The notes beneath the pieces are model-generated. The model was not told the DNA's origin. It was given only the letters and a program-made list of their open reading frames with translations, and searched no databases. DNA of 54,302 bases, taken from NCBI GenBank assembly GCA_044376115.1, contig JBILLK010000043.1, positions 1 through 54,302 on the forward strand, written 5' to 3'. Position numbers and translations under genes: made by a program. Below are positions 29,893 through 39,353 of the stretch, piece by piece (position 1 is the first letter of the stretch; every line of letters starts with the position of its first letter). Source of the DNA: Polyangiaceae bacterium (GTDB taxonomy: Bacteria > Myxococcota_A > Polyangia > Polyangiales > Polyangiaceae).

Positions 29893-31094
29893 GAGAACCT
29901 CCACTGCACCGACTTGCCCTTGCGGCTGAAGGTGCTGCTCAGCGCGGCCTCCAGATCGAGAGCGAGGTCCTCGAGCGCCTCGATGCCGACCGAGAGTCGA
30001 ACCAAGCCGTCGGAGATGCCGGCTGTCGCCCGCGCCTCCGCCGACATCGACGCGTGGGTCATCGAGGCCGGGTGCGCCACCAGGCTCTCCACGCCGCCCA
30101 GCGACTCGGCCAGCGTGAAGTGTTGCAGCGCGCCAACGAACGTTCGAACCGCGGCCGCACCGCCCGCGAGCTCGACGCTCAACATGCCGCCAAACCCGGC
30201 CTGTTGGCGCGCGGCCAAGGCGTGCCCAACGTGGTTCGTAAGGCCGGGGTAGTAGACCTTCTTCACCGCTGGATGCGCCTCGAGCAGCGCGGCGATGGCA
30301 CGGGCGTTCTCCTCGTGCACGCGCATGCGCGCGTCGAGCGTACGCAGCCCGCGCAAGGTGAGGAACGAATCGAACGGCGCGCCGGTCAAGCCGAGCGCGT
30401 TGGCCCACCACGTGAGCTTCTCTGCGAGCCCAGCGTCCGCCGCGATCACCGCGCCGCCAACCACGTCGCTATGACCGTTGATGTACTTGGTGGTCGAGTG
30501 GACGACCAGATCCGCGCCGAGCGCGAGTGGGTTTTGCAACGCTGGCGAGAGGAAGGTGTTGTCGACGATCGAGAGCGCTCCGACTTCGCGCGCCGCCGCG
30601 CAGGCATGGGCCAGATCGGTGATGCGCAAGAGCGGGTTGGAGGGCGTCTCGAACAGCGCGAGCTTCGGTCGACAAGCCAGCGCTCGCACGACGTTCTCCG
30701 GTTGCGTGAGATCGGCGGTCACGACCTCGAAGTGGCCTTTGCGCGCCAAAGCGTCGAACAGCCGCCAGCTGCCGCCGTAGGCGTCATGCGGGACGACGAG
30801 CTTGTCGCCGGGGCTGAGCAGGGCGTTCAAAACCAGCGTGATGGCCGAGAGCCCTGTCGAGGTGACCACCGCTCCGGCGCCGCCTTCGCGCTCGGCCAGC
30901 GCTTCTGCCAGGCCGTCACGCGTGGGGTTGCCGCTGCGCGTGTAGTCGTAGCGACGCTTCTTGCCGAAGCTCTCGAAGCTGAAGTTGGATGAAAGCACGA
31001 GGGGAGGGGTGACCGCGCCAAACGCGGTGTCACGATCGATGCCGGCGCGGACGGTCTTGGTGGTGGGGCGCGGCCCCTTCGACTGCGGGCTCAT
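29889..31094 (-). CDS. metB: Cystathionine gamma-synthase
   Basis: YDYTRSGNPTR, ETPSNP, VDNTF, HSTTKYINGHSD (PLP lysine) and LAESLGGVESL. Confidence 0.92.
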   Translation of the reverse strand: MSPQSKGPRPTTKTVRAGIDRDTAFGAVTPPLVLSSNFSFESFGKKRRYDYTRSGNPTRDGLAEALAEREGGAGAVVTSTGLSAITLVLNALLSPGDKLVVPHDAYGGSWRLFDALARKGHFEVVTADLTQPENVVRALACRPKLALFETPSNPLLRITDLAHACAAAREVGALSIVDNTFLSPALQNPLALGADLVVHSTTKYINGHSDVVGGAVIAADAGLAEKLTWWANALGLTGAPFDSFLTLRGLRTLDARMRVHEENARAIAALLEAHPAVKKVYYPGLTNHVGHALAARQQAGFGGMLSVELAGGAAAVRTFVGALQHFTLAESLGGVESLVAHPASMTHASMSAEARATAGISDGLVRLSVGIEALEDLALDLEAALSSTFSRKGKSVQWRFS

Positions 31095-32176
31095 GCTTCC
31101 TCCTTGCCGTGCGATGCGTGCGAGCCGTCCGTGCCGAGCGCGCGCTTGGCTGCGCGACCGAGGATTTCTGCGATGGCCTCGACCTCCTTCAGGAAGGCAT
31201 CATGCCCGTAACGCGAGCTGAGCACGCTGAGGCTGGCAGGGCCGCTCGTTTGTTGCGCCAGCTCCTCGAGCACCTCCGGCGGCGACAAGCGATCACCGGC
31301 GATGGCGACCAAGGTCAGCGGCACGCGAAGCTCGCTTGGATCGATCCGATGCAGGTCGATCGACTCGGACAGCCGCGCAAACGCTATGGCGGACCAGTTC
31401 GCCGCGTAGCAGGCCCCGCGCGCCTCGAGGTAGTCCTCGGCGGCGACTCTTGCCCGTCCGCCGACCAGCGTTGGCTCGGCAGCAAACCGTTCTTGGAACT
31501 CTTCCGGCGTGCGATAGCTGAGCATCGCCAGCTGCCGCGCGAGCGAGACTGCCTCGACGTTCCCACCGAGCGCGAGCAGCTTGCGCTGCAGCGCACGCCA
31601 GGCGCTGGCGTACGGATGCGGCCGATGCCCACCCGAGATCGCGACGACCTCCCCAACGCGCGCAGGCTGTTTTGCGGCAAATGCGAGCGCGACCATCGCG
31701 CCGTACGAAGCTCCGACGATCAGCTCGACTCGCTCGATCGCGAGCTGGTCGAGCAGCGCGGTGAGCGCAGCGGCCTGATCCGCCGTCGAGATCGCGACGT
31801 CGAGCTCTCCGTCTGCGCCGAGCCAATCGAGCCCAACGATCTGCAGGCGTCGCGTATCGAGCGCGCGGCCGGGACCCACTTGGGCGTCCCACCAACCGCA
31901 GTCGGCGCGGGAGGCCGAGCTCACGTTCCGGTGCGCCGAGATCCCGCCGAGCACCACCACCGCGGGCGCGCCGCTCGGTCCGAGCACGGTGCCGCGTAGC
32001 TTTACGCGCTGCGGTCCCGCATGCCGCAGGGCAAGCGTTGCGGAGAACTCGATCTCGCGTGAGGTGCGCTCGACTTCGCGCGGGCCCGGCGACTCGAGAG
32101 GGAGCCAGCGGGCGAGCGTTGGAGCAAAGGTGCCGCGTACGGCGGCGTTGTCAGTGACGGTGGCTGTTCGTGTCAT
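31091..32176 (-). CDS. metX: Homoserine O-acyltransferase (MetX, Xanthomonas-type succinyltransferase-like)
   Basis: GGISAHR, GWW...VG, GASYG nucleophile elbow, MLSYRT, LSESIDLH and YGHDAFLKE. Confidence 0.9.
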   Translation of the reverse strand: MTRTATVTDNAAVRGTFAPTLARWLPLESPGPREVERTSREIEFSATLALRHAGPQRVKLRGTVLGPSGAPAVVVLGGISAHRNVSSASRADCGWWDAQVGPGRALDTRRLQIVGLDWLGADGELDVAISTADQAAALTALLDQLAIERVELIVGASYGAMVALAFAAKQPARVGEVVAISGGHRPHPYASAWRALQRKLLALGGNVEAVSLARQLAMLSYRTPEEFQERFAAEPTLVGGRARVAAEDYLEARGACYAANWSAIAFARLSESIDLHRIDPSELRVPLTLVAIAGDRLSPPEVLEELAQQTSGPASLSVLSSRYGHDAFLKEVEAIAEILGRAAKRALGTDGSHASHGKEEA

Positions 32177-32270
32177 GGCGGGTCCTCGGCTTTTGGGTTG
32201 AAGGCCCACCAAGAAACTCCGCGGAAAAACGGCCGATTTTGTCGAATGCGAAACAAAGCTGCGCAGCCGA

Positions 32271-32394
32271 CCCATCTTCCGGTGGATACCTATGTATCCC
32301 CGCAGGAATTGGCACCTTATACGCAGACCTTGAAGGTATGCGCAGAGGTTGCCCCGGCGTCTTTGGGCCTGTCCCTCAGCCGGTCTCGATGGAG
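32271..32394 (-). ncRNA. SAM-I riboswitch
   Basis: Minus strand CCATCGAGA-CCGGCTGAGGGACAGGCCC-AAAGACGCCGG-GGCAACC...GGTGCCAATTCC-TGCGG...CCGGAAGATGG, upstream of metX. Confidence 0.92.
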
Positions 32395-32401
32395 TGTTTG
32401 G

Positions 32402-32430
32402 AGCCTGACGATTCTGATTGAATCTGTCAA
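32402..32430 (-). promoter_or_regulatory. Sigma70-type promoter of the met operon
   Basis: TTGACA-N17-CAGGCT on the minus strand just 5' of the riboswitch. Confidence 0.55.
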
Positions 32431-32527
32431 GTATTTATTTTTGCCGAAGCGATTGAGCGATCGCAGCGGTTTTCGGCTCAAGTTTGCAGCGTGGTTGCCG
32501 CGTGCGCAGCGTTTTAGGCTGGCGCGC

Positions 32528-33469
32528 ATGAAGCCCGTTCGGTTCACGTCTTGTCTGCTCGGTCTTGGCCTCATGCCGCTCCTCACGGTGCTCTTCGGCG
32601 CCTGCGGCACGGCGACTCCCGCGGAGCAAAGTCCGGCTCCCTCAACGACGTTGGTTGCGCGGTCGCCCTCGGCGGAGCCAGCGGCGAGCGCGCAGCCGAG
32701 CGCGCAAGCTCCGGCCTCACGCCCGGCGTTGGCTGCACGTGCGACCACGCCTGGGAAGATCCAATGCGAGACGGTGGATTGCGACCTCGCGACCGAGGTT
32801 TGCTGCGTCAGTGATCCTCAGCAAGGTGGCCAGGGTCTGGTTGGAACGTGCATGCTGAAGCCAACGCCGAACGCCGACGGGACGATGCCTTGGGTCTGCC
32901 CGACCAACAGCTTGGTGACCGAGCGTAGCTGCGACGAAGCGAGCGATTGTTCGGCGGGCAAACGCTGTTGCACCGCGCCCTACGACGAGAGCAACCTCAA
33001 GCACGAGAGCTGCGAGGCGCAGTGTGGTGGTGAGCGTTGTTTGGCCGGCTCGACTTGCGGCAACGGTAACCGCTGCGATGCGAAGGACGGCGCCCGTGCC
33101 GGCGAGTGTCCGCTCGCGATCAAGCCGCCCCAATGCGGTAAAGCAGCGTGCAAGGCTGGCGAGCGTTGCTGTTGGGATGCCGAGGGCAAGACCGGCCGTT
33201 GCGCTGAAGACTGTGGCGAGGGCGCCTCCTGGTTCGAGTGCACTCGTCCCGACCACTGCGCGCAGTCCTACTCCTGCAACACCTGGCCCGGAGTTTCGCA
33301 ATATCGTTGTGGCGGTTCAGGGTTTCAGGGCGGCATCTTGTGCAACACGCTCAAGGATTGCCCGAAGAACCTCAGCGCGCTCGGATTCCACCCCGGCGCG
33401 CCCGTGGCCAAGGCGTGCGCAGCTTCCGAAGAGCTTCCCCCCGGAGTCAAAGCCTGTGTCTACGAATGA
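32528..33469 (+). CDS. Cys-rich lipoprotein
   Basis: FGAC lipobox, Pro/Ala linker, repeated CxxxxCxxxxxCC modules. Confidence 0.8.
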   Translation: MKPVRFTSCLLGLGLMPLLTVLFGACGTATPAEQSPAPSTTLVARSPSAEPAASAQPSAQAPASRPALAARATTPGKIQCETVDCDLATEVCCVSDPQQGGQGLVGTCMLKPTPNADGTMPWVCPTNSLVTERSCDEASDCSAGKRCCTAPYDESNLKHESCEAQCGGERCLAGSTCGNGNRCDAKDGARAGECPLAIKPPQCGKAACKAGERCCWDAEGKTGRCAEDCGEGASWFECTRPDHCAQSYSCNTWPGVSQYRCGGSGFQGGILCNTLKDCPKNLSALGFHPGAPVAKACAASEELPPGVKACVYE

Positions 33470-34607
33470 TCGTTCTGGCTCGGCGGGGCCGAAAGCGGAG
33501 CCCGCCGTCCGCACCACTTTGAAGCCTCCGCGCGGTCGCAAAGCGATCGTGTTGACCCTCTCGGGGATGCGCCTCGTGACGGACGACGTCGCCCAGGACT
33601 TCGCTACGCCGGCGGAGGCGAAGCGGCATTTCGACGGCGTGCTGCGCGCGCGGATGAAAGAGGGCTTCACGCTCGGTCCGGTCGAGATCGTCGCGGATCC
33701 GCCGCCCGCCGAAGAAGAAGAGCCGCAGCTCGATGAGCCGGAATCGGAAGGCGAGCCAGTGGGTGGGGAGTTCGATGAGCACCGCCGTTGGCAGCTGAAG
33801 TTCGAAGGGGAGCAGCCGCCTTCGCTGAAGGCCTGCTCGACCGCGATCGCGAAGCTGCGCGAGGTCGCGCCTTCGGTGGTGCAGATCCTCAGCGACTTTG
33901 CGAGCCCGGGGACGGCCTGGGCCAAGGCGCTCAAGGGGATAGAGCTGCCTTCGGTGAAGGCCTTCATCTTCGATACCTACTACGACACCCAGTCGCGCCA
34001 GCGTGAGAACACCATCGGGGATCTGCGCGCCACGCTCGAGGCCTGCCCGTCGCTAGAGCGCTTCTTCGCCACTGGCGCGCTGGTGCTCAGCAAAGGTTCC
34101 CACGCGCAGCTTCGCGAGCTCTATGCGCTCGGTGATCCGCTCTCGCCCAAGTTCTTGCGCGCGCTCGCGGGCTGGAAGTTGCCGGCGCTCGAGCGGCTGG
34201 TGTTGTCGCTCGCCTCCGATGCTGAGGCGGCGGACGATGACGAAGCGATCGCCGTGCTCACCAAGCTCAGCGCACCGAAGCTCCAGAGCGTCCACGTCGA
34301 CTCGCTGACCGACGTGCCCCGCGTGCTCGCTGAGCTTTGCTCCGCCGGTCGAACGCGCAGCCTGAAGGAACTGCAGCTGTCGGGCGGTCTCGACGAGGAT
34401 GCGCTGCTCGAGGTCGTGGAGCGCAACCTCGAGCCTTTGCGTGAACTCGAGGTGTTAGCGCTGCCACTCGAGGACCTGTTGTCGGGCGATGGCATCGACA
34501 GGCTGCGCGCGCTGTGTCCGTCGCTGCGCGACCTGTCCGAGCTGCCCAAACTGACGCTCCCCGACGCCTACGATTCGTGGCGAGGGGATGTCACTCCGGG
34601 CTCGTGA
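33456..34607 (+). CDS. WGR-like N-terminal domain plus leucine-rich-repeat (STM4015-like) protein
   Basis: DFATPAEAKRHFDGVLRARMKEGF, an acidic linker, and LPALERLVL / PKLQSVHV / SLKELQLS repeats; start uncertain. Confidence 0.6.
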   Translation: MSTNDRSGSAGPKAEPAVRTTLKPPRGRKAIVLTLSGMRLVTDDVAQDFATPAEAKRHFDGVLRARMKEGFTLGPVEIVADPPPAEEEEPQLDEPESEGEPVGGEFDEHRRWQLKFEGEQPPSLKACSTAIAKLREVAPSVVQILSDFASPGTAWAKALKGIELPSVKAFIFDTYYDTQSRQRENTIGDLRATLEACPSLERFFATGALVLSKGSHAQLRELYALGDPLSPKFLRALAGWKLPALERLVLSLASDAEAADDDEAIAVLTKLSAPKLQSVHVDSLTDVPRVLAELCSAGRTRSLKELQLSGGLDEDALLEVVERNLEPLRELEVLALPLEDLLSGDGIDRLRALCPSLRDLSELPKLTLPDAYDSWRGDVTPGS

Positions 34608-35463
34608 GGAAGCATTCGCCTTCACCGCGGTAGTGGCCGACGGTGCGGGAGAGGAACTCGATGAACGCGCCGAGGTCGTTCACGCCGTCAACGCCGCCGG
34701 TGCCGTATTGGTCGGCGGGCAAATCGACGAGGCGCACCTCGGCGAGCTCGGCCAGGGTGACCTCACCGTCCATATCGGCATCCGCTGCAAACACGGCCTC
34801 ACCGCGGACCACGGCGTCGGCTGCTTGCAGGTCGTCGTAGAAGAAGTGATCGCCGTGGATGGTGAGCTCGATGCTGTCGTTGCCACCCTCGGTTACGACT
34901 GCGCCGGCGGTGAGCTTACCGTCGAGTTCACCTTCACAATCGTCGAGCAGAGTGGGCACGCCGAAGCCCCAGGCGAAGGTCTTCGACTCGCCGCCCTTGG
35001 ACAGCGTGCCTTCGACGTAGACGTGATAGCCCTGCTCGGCCATCAGGTCAGCGTCGGCCTCGCTGGCTGCGCCAATCAGCTTGATCTTGCCGCGTTCGCT
35101 GGGTGACGTTTCATAGTTCACGAGGGGGTAGGCCTGCGCCGCGAGCCCCTCGAAGGCGACGACAGGCTTCACGCCGGGCTCGGTGTGGTCGATCAAGTAG
35201 AAGTTCTCATCGCTCGCCGCGACCGTCCCGTCGCTGTCGGCGACGGTGATGTTGCCGACCAGCACGAGGAACTTGCTGTAGCTGACGCTGTAGCCGTCCT
35301 CGAAGTCGGCGGCGGGGATTTGATCCTCGATGTACTCCTCACCCCAGCTCGAGAAGCTGATGGTGCCGCTGCCGGAGGCCGGGCCGTCGTCGCCACAAGC
35401 GGGAGAAAGAATAGCGGCGGAGAGCGCGAGCGTGGCTCCCGCAAAGAAGTTCTTCTTATTCAT
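34591..35463 (-). CDS. Acidic lipoprotein with EF-hand-like motif
   Basis: LSPAC lipobox-like, WGEEYIE, TIHGDHFFYD and DADMDGEVTLAEL. Confidence 0.78.
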   Translation of the reverse strand: MNKKNFFAGATLALSAAILSPACGDDGPASGSGTISFSSWGEEYIEDQIPAADFEDGYSVSYSKFLVLVGNITVADSDGTVAASDENFYLIDHTEPGVKPVVAFEGLAAQAYPLVNYETSPSERGKIKLIGAASEADADLMAEQGYHVYVEGTLSKGGESKTFAWGFGVPTLLDDCEGELDGKLTAGAVVTEGGNDSIELTIHGDHFFYDDLQAADAVVRGEAVFAADADMDGEVTLAELAEVRLVDLPADQYGTGGVDGVNDLGAFIEFLSRTVGHYRGEGECFLTSPE

Positions 35464-35502
35464 GATCGGTTGCTCCAACAGATTGTGAGGGTGAAGTCGT
35501 GA

Positions 35503-36339
35503 CTAGTTGGCTTTGAACGAGAAGGTCAGCGCGGAGGATTTTTTGATTCCGCGAACGAACGCTCGGGCGGCCTCATGCTCGGCGGAGATGAGCGTGGGCC
35601 CGCCCTCGGGGTTGACCTCGATGTCGTCGAACTCGGCTTGATCGAGCCAGACCGAAGCGTCCACCCGCATGGTGACGGTGCCGTTGCTTTGCACGTCCAC
35701 CTCTTCGAATTCGCAGCCCTCGAGCTCGGGCGCGTCGGCTGCGTCCAGCACGTCGGACTCGCTCGCCTCCAAGCGAAACTTCACCTGCGCATCGCCTTTG
35801 ACCGCGGTGCCTTCGAGGATGAGCACCAAGTTGCCGAGCTCGCTCGCGAGCGGCCCTTTCGCTGGGCTCGCCCAGGTGAAGCGGCCCGAGCGAAAGACGC
35901 CCGAGAGGCCTTCACCTTGTGCGAGGGTGGCCGGGCCCGCCGCGAGATCGAAGCTGGAGGACTCGAGCATCTCGCCCTTCGCCTCACCGGGCTCGTAGTG
36001 GCCGGGATGCGCGTGGGCGACGCGTGGGGCGAACCAGTCGAGCACGCCCGGCGCAGGCTGGGGCGGGCTGTAAAGTGCGACCGTCTCGATCGGCGCGCCG
36101 TCAAAGTAGTAGATGGCGCCGCTCGACAAAGCGACCTTGCTCAGCTCGATCTCCCAGTCGTAGGCGTTCTTGAACGAGGCGCTCTCGAGCTCCACGCGGG
36201 TAGCGAGCTCGACGCGAAAGCCCGGGGTGGTGTTGGTCTCCCCGTCATCCGAACAAGACGCTGCGCCAAAACCGCCGGTGAGCGCGCCGGCGGTTAGCGC
36301 CGTAACGGCGATCAAACGAAGTCCCCTGCGTCGATTCAT
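35503..36339 (-). CDS. Lipoprotein with AHAHPGHY His motif (possible metal binding)
   Basis: RRR-hydrophobic-AASC signal; internal VAHAHPGHY; GGAGAG SD-like sequence upstream. Confidence 0.78.
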   Translation of the reverse strand: MNRRRGLRLIAVTALTAGALTGGFGAASCSDDGETNTTPGFRVELATRVELESASFKNAYDWEIELSKVALSSGAIYYFDGAPIETVALYSPPQPAPGVLDWFAPRVAHAHPGHYEPGEAKGEMLESSSFDLAAGPATLAQGEGLSGVFRSGRFTWASPAKGPLASELGNLVLILEGTAVKGDAQVKFRLEASESDVLDAADAPELEGCEFEEVDVQSNGTVTMRVDASVWLDQAEFDDIEVNPEGGPTLISAEHEAARAFVRGIKKSSALTFSFKAN

Positions 36340-36682
36340 GCTGCTCTCCAGTTCCCGCGGACCCGGTCGGCCCGACCACTTACGCGCCGACCCAGCACTT
36401 GGTTGCCAACGATCTTCGACCTTTTCATGCACCGCTCCGCGACCCCGGTTGATCCCCGGTGGCCTTGGGTCGTACGAATGGCCACGGGGGACGCGCTACG
36501 GTTGGCAAGCCAGACCGCCATCGCTGCGTCGAGTGGCGGCGCAAGGCTTAGCGCGGCCTTGCTGGTCGTGCAACGCCGAACGAGCGTTGGTCACAGTGGT
36601 CGTGACTCGCCCGTCATACTCGAGCGGCGCTGAAACGCAGAAAGCCGCTGTAACCCAATCACTAATCCGGAAGAAGCGCGGT

Positions 36683-36697
36683 TGGCACGCGAGCTGC
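36683..36697 (+). promoter_or_regulatory. Sigma54 -24/-12 promoter candidate
   Basis: TGGCACG-N4-CTGC with GG to GC spacing of 12, upstream of AGGAG SD and ATG 36734. Confidence 0.5.
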
Positions 36698-36733
36698 GAA
36701 GAGACGTTCACAACCTTGCTTCAGGAGTCTCTT

Positions 36734-37543
36734 ATGAAAGCTCGTTCCTTCTCGTGTGTTTCGCTTTTTGTAAGTGTTTCGCTCGCTGCGCTCGCTGGTT
36801 GCACCGATGACCTGAGCAACCTCAACGAGTGGGCCGATGACATCGACGACGGCATTGAACAAGCCAGCTGTCAGCTGAGTCAGTCCTTCGCTGGTTACAC
36901 CGAGGTGGTGCCGACGACTGGAGGGAACTTGGCGGCGAAAGGGCCGGGCGCCACGCTCGTTGCACGCGGTGCGACCGAGACGTTGGTGTGGAACCTACCG
37001 CAGCCGCTGAACTCGGATGCCGACGTCGCGCTGGAGTCGGAGCAGGGGAGCTTGGCGCCTGGCGAGCTCGTGGCCTCGTGTGGAACCGACTTGGAGGGAG
37101 AGAGCAACGGCGAAGAGCCCGCGCAGACCTTCTCCTTCGATCTGACCTTCGAGGCTCTCGCGTTGGGCAGCGATTCGCTGCGTATCGTCGCTGAAGGCAG
37201 CGCGCTGGATGCGGTGGCCTTCGAGGTGCGCGAGGCAGCGGCGCTCGCGCTCGAGAGCACGCCGGAGGAGCCGAGCCCCGACGCTGAGCCCGGTGCCGAA
37301 CGCTTCTCGACCGTATGCGCGACGTTGAGCGACGTGGACGGCGAGGCGCTGTACGCGGCCGACTCGATCGCTTGGCGTCTGGTGGCTGGCGAAGCCACGC
37401 TCATCACGGGTGTGTTCGGTGTGGATCCGGAAGCGCCGGCGACCGGCCGCTGCATCACGGTGTCGTCGAAGAGCAGCGAGCCGGTGGTCGTGGAAGCGTC
37501 CTTCCTCGAGCTCGCGCAAGAGGTCGAGGTCGAGCTGCCGTGA
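36734..37543 (+). CDS. Acidic hypothetical lipoprotein (Ig-like/beta-rich)
   Basis: LAGC lipobox and AGGAG SD. Confidence 0.75.
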   Translation: MKARSFSCVSLFVSVSLAALAGCTDDLSNLNEWADDIDDGIEQASCQLSQSFAGYTEVVPTTGGNLAAKGPGATLVARGATETLVWNLPQPLNSDADVALESEQGSLAPGELVASCGTDLEGESNGEEPAQTFSFDLTFEALALGSDSLRIVAEGSALDAVAFEVREAAALALESTPEEPSPDAEPGAERFSTVCATLSDVDGEALYAADSIAWRLVAGEATLITGVFGVDPEAPATGRCITVSSKSSEPVVVEASFLELAQEVEVELP

Positions 37544-37550
37544 GCGGCGC

Positions 37551-39251
37551 TCAGTCGAGCAGCGTCTGAAGTAGCGACCGACAGCCGGGGCCACCGACGA
37601 AAAGGGCGCGCTCGCCGTCGGCCTCGAGGCAGCTATCGCTGGAGGTCACGGTGGAGGGGTGCTTACCGAGCGAAATGGCGAACACCGACAGGCCCTGACG
37701 TACGAAGCCTGCGCTGCCGTCGGAGCCGGGCACTGCGACGAACTGCAGCTGTTTGGCAGCGAAGCGTGTTTGCAGATCGGCCATCGAGATCGCTGCGATC
37801 GGTTTGCCGGCGAGCGTCTTCGGCGGAGGCGGCGCAGCGGGCTGCGCCGGCGCTGCGTCGCCGGGAGAGAACGCGATCGGGTAGGTGACCCTGACGACGC
37901 CGCCGCCCTCAGGCTGCGGGAAGCTCAGCCCGTTGAAGGCTTTGGCGACGCAGCTGCCCACGCTCTTGTCTTTGAGATCGCTGGTGTGGCTCACCTCCGT
38001 GACCTCGCCCAGCTTAGTGATCTTGAAGCTCACGCTGACCTTGCCGGCTAGCTTCGGATCGTTGCGGAGCCCGTTTTCGTAGCAGAGCCGAAAGCGGCCG
38101 AAGTTCTGCCGCACGATGCGCTGGATGACCTCCGGCGGGAGGCGGCCATTCACGCTGGTTTGACCCATCTTCACGCTGGGCGGCTTGCTGCGGCTGCCAC
38201 CGAGCCGGCCTGAACCGGTGCCAAAGCCCTGGCCGGTTCCGGTCCCGGCGCCGTGTCCAATCGAACCGATGGTACCAAGGCCGATGCTTTCTCCACGTCC
38301 ACCGCCGCCTTCACCGATACCGGCCAGGCCCAAGCCTCCAGCGCCGTAGGCGTCGCCAACCGAGTCGCCCCAGAGGTTGCCCTTGGCGCTGATTCCGGAG
38401 CTGATTTCGGAGTCGGGCCACGGGGCGCCACCTTCTCCGGAGTTGAGCAAGCCGATCATGCCGAACTCTTGCATTTCCGAGCTGACGTCCACCACCTCGC
38501 TGGGCGTGAGCTCGACGCTCAGCCCGTAGCTGCGGCCCTCGCTGGGAAAGCGCGTCGCGAGCAGCGTGCGACGGATGCAGGCCGAGGCCTCGCTGGGCTC
38601 GTTCGCGTCGTCGGGTGGTCCGAGGGTGACCGTGCCGTTGGCTGCGACACCGAGCACCAACCAGAGCGGCAGCTCGAGCTGGGGAGCTGCACCAAACGCG
38701 CAACGACGCAGCTTCTCGCTCGTGCCGGCGAGATCGCTTCGGACCTGCTCGGGCGGCTTGGCGCTGCCTTCCGCCCAGTTGATCGCGATCACGGTGCTGC
38801 TCAAGTCTTGCTCGTCTGGGATCGGCTTCGCGGTAAATCCGCCGCCGAACTGCAGCGTGTAGTCGATGGTGCCGCTGGCTCCCGGCGCCAGCGCCGCCTT
38901 CGCCAGCTCGGCCTTCACGCAGCTCGCCGCGCTCAGCGAAGCGAGCTCGCCCGACGTCTGCAGCGTCTCCGGGCGCGTGACCTCCCACTGCAAGCGCAGC
39001 CCGCCGGTGAGCCACGGCTCGCGTTCGAGCGTTGGGCGGACGCAGGCGGCGAGCAGCGTGGTGACGCTGCGGGTGGCGCGCTCCGCGCCAGCGTAGGAGC
39101 CGCCGACCGTCTCGCGAATGCCGAGCGGTGCTAACGCCGAAGGCGCCAGCGGCTGCTCGAGCGTGACCTCGGTGCTCTGCACCTCGACGTTCGTCAGCGA
39201 GGGACCACACGCTGTTGCCAAGAGCCAAACCCCACCGAGCTTCCTGTGCAT
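37551..39251 (-). CDS. AgmX/PglI C-terminal (TonB-C-like) domain lipoprotein
   Basis: EFGMIGLL, Gly-rich linker, GRLPPEVIQRIVRQNFGRFRLCYENGL and FPQPEGG..VTYPIAF. Confidence 0.88.
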   Translation of the reverse strand: MHRKLGGVWLLATACGPSLTNVEVQSTEVTLEQPLAPSALAPLGIRETVGGSYAGAERATRSVTTLLAACVRPTLEREPWLTGGLRLQWEVTRPETLQTSGELASLSAASCVKAELAKAALAPGASGTIDYTLQFGGGFTAKPIPDEQDLSSTVIAINWAEGSAKPPEQVRSDLAGTSEKLRRCAFGAAPQLELPLWLVLGVAANGTVTLGPPDDANEPSEASACIRRTLLATRFPSEGRSYGLSVELTPSEVVDVSSEMQEFGMIGLLNSGEGGAPWPDSEISSGISAKGNLWGDSVGDAYGAGGLGLAGIGEGGGGRGESIGLGTIGSIGHGAGTGTGQGFGTGSGRLGGSRSKPPSVKMGQTSVNGRLPPEVIQRIVRQNFGRFRLCYENGLRNDPKLAGKVSVSFKITKLGEVTEVSHTSDLKDKSVGSCVAKAFNGLSFPQPEGGGVVRVTYPIAFSPGDAAPAQPAAPPPPKTLAGKPIAAISMADLQTRFAAKQLQFVAVPGSDGSAGFVRQGLSVFAISLGKHPSTVTSSDSCLEADGERALFVGGPGCRSLLQTLLD

Positions 39252-39353
39252 GTCCCGCGCTTAGCATGACTGGGTGGTTGCGCGTACCGAGCCGCAGACT
39301 TGGTTGGTGCGAGCCGCTTGCCGGGCCCGCGCGCCCCCGACTAACGTGGCGCC

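Noticed and set aside
27388..30411. 1007-aa N-terminally extended aspartokinase ORF
   Set aside because: The extension overlaps metB out of frame and is Arg-rich noise; the real start is ATG 29892, coupled to the metB stop.
36340..36620. Cobalamin, ZTP, NiCo or yybP riboswitch
   Set aside because: The conserved boxes are absent. The GTGG...CCACGGGG ZTP-like fragment lacks GACTGGCG and is on the wrong strand for the adjacent gene.
38338..38356. DAYGAG in the AgmX-like protein (and PAYGPG in the di-heme protein) as extra splicease substrates
   Set aside because: YG dipeptides are common, these sit in family-typical contexts, and neither protein has the Zn-ribbon leader.
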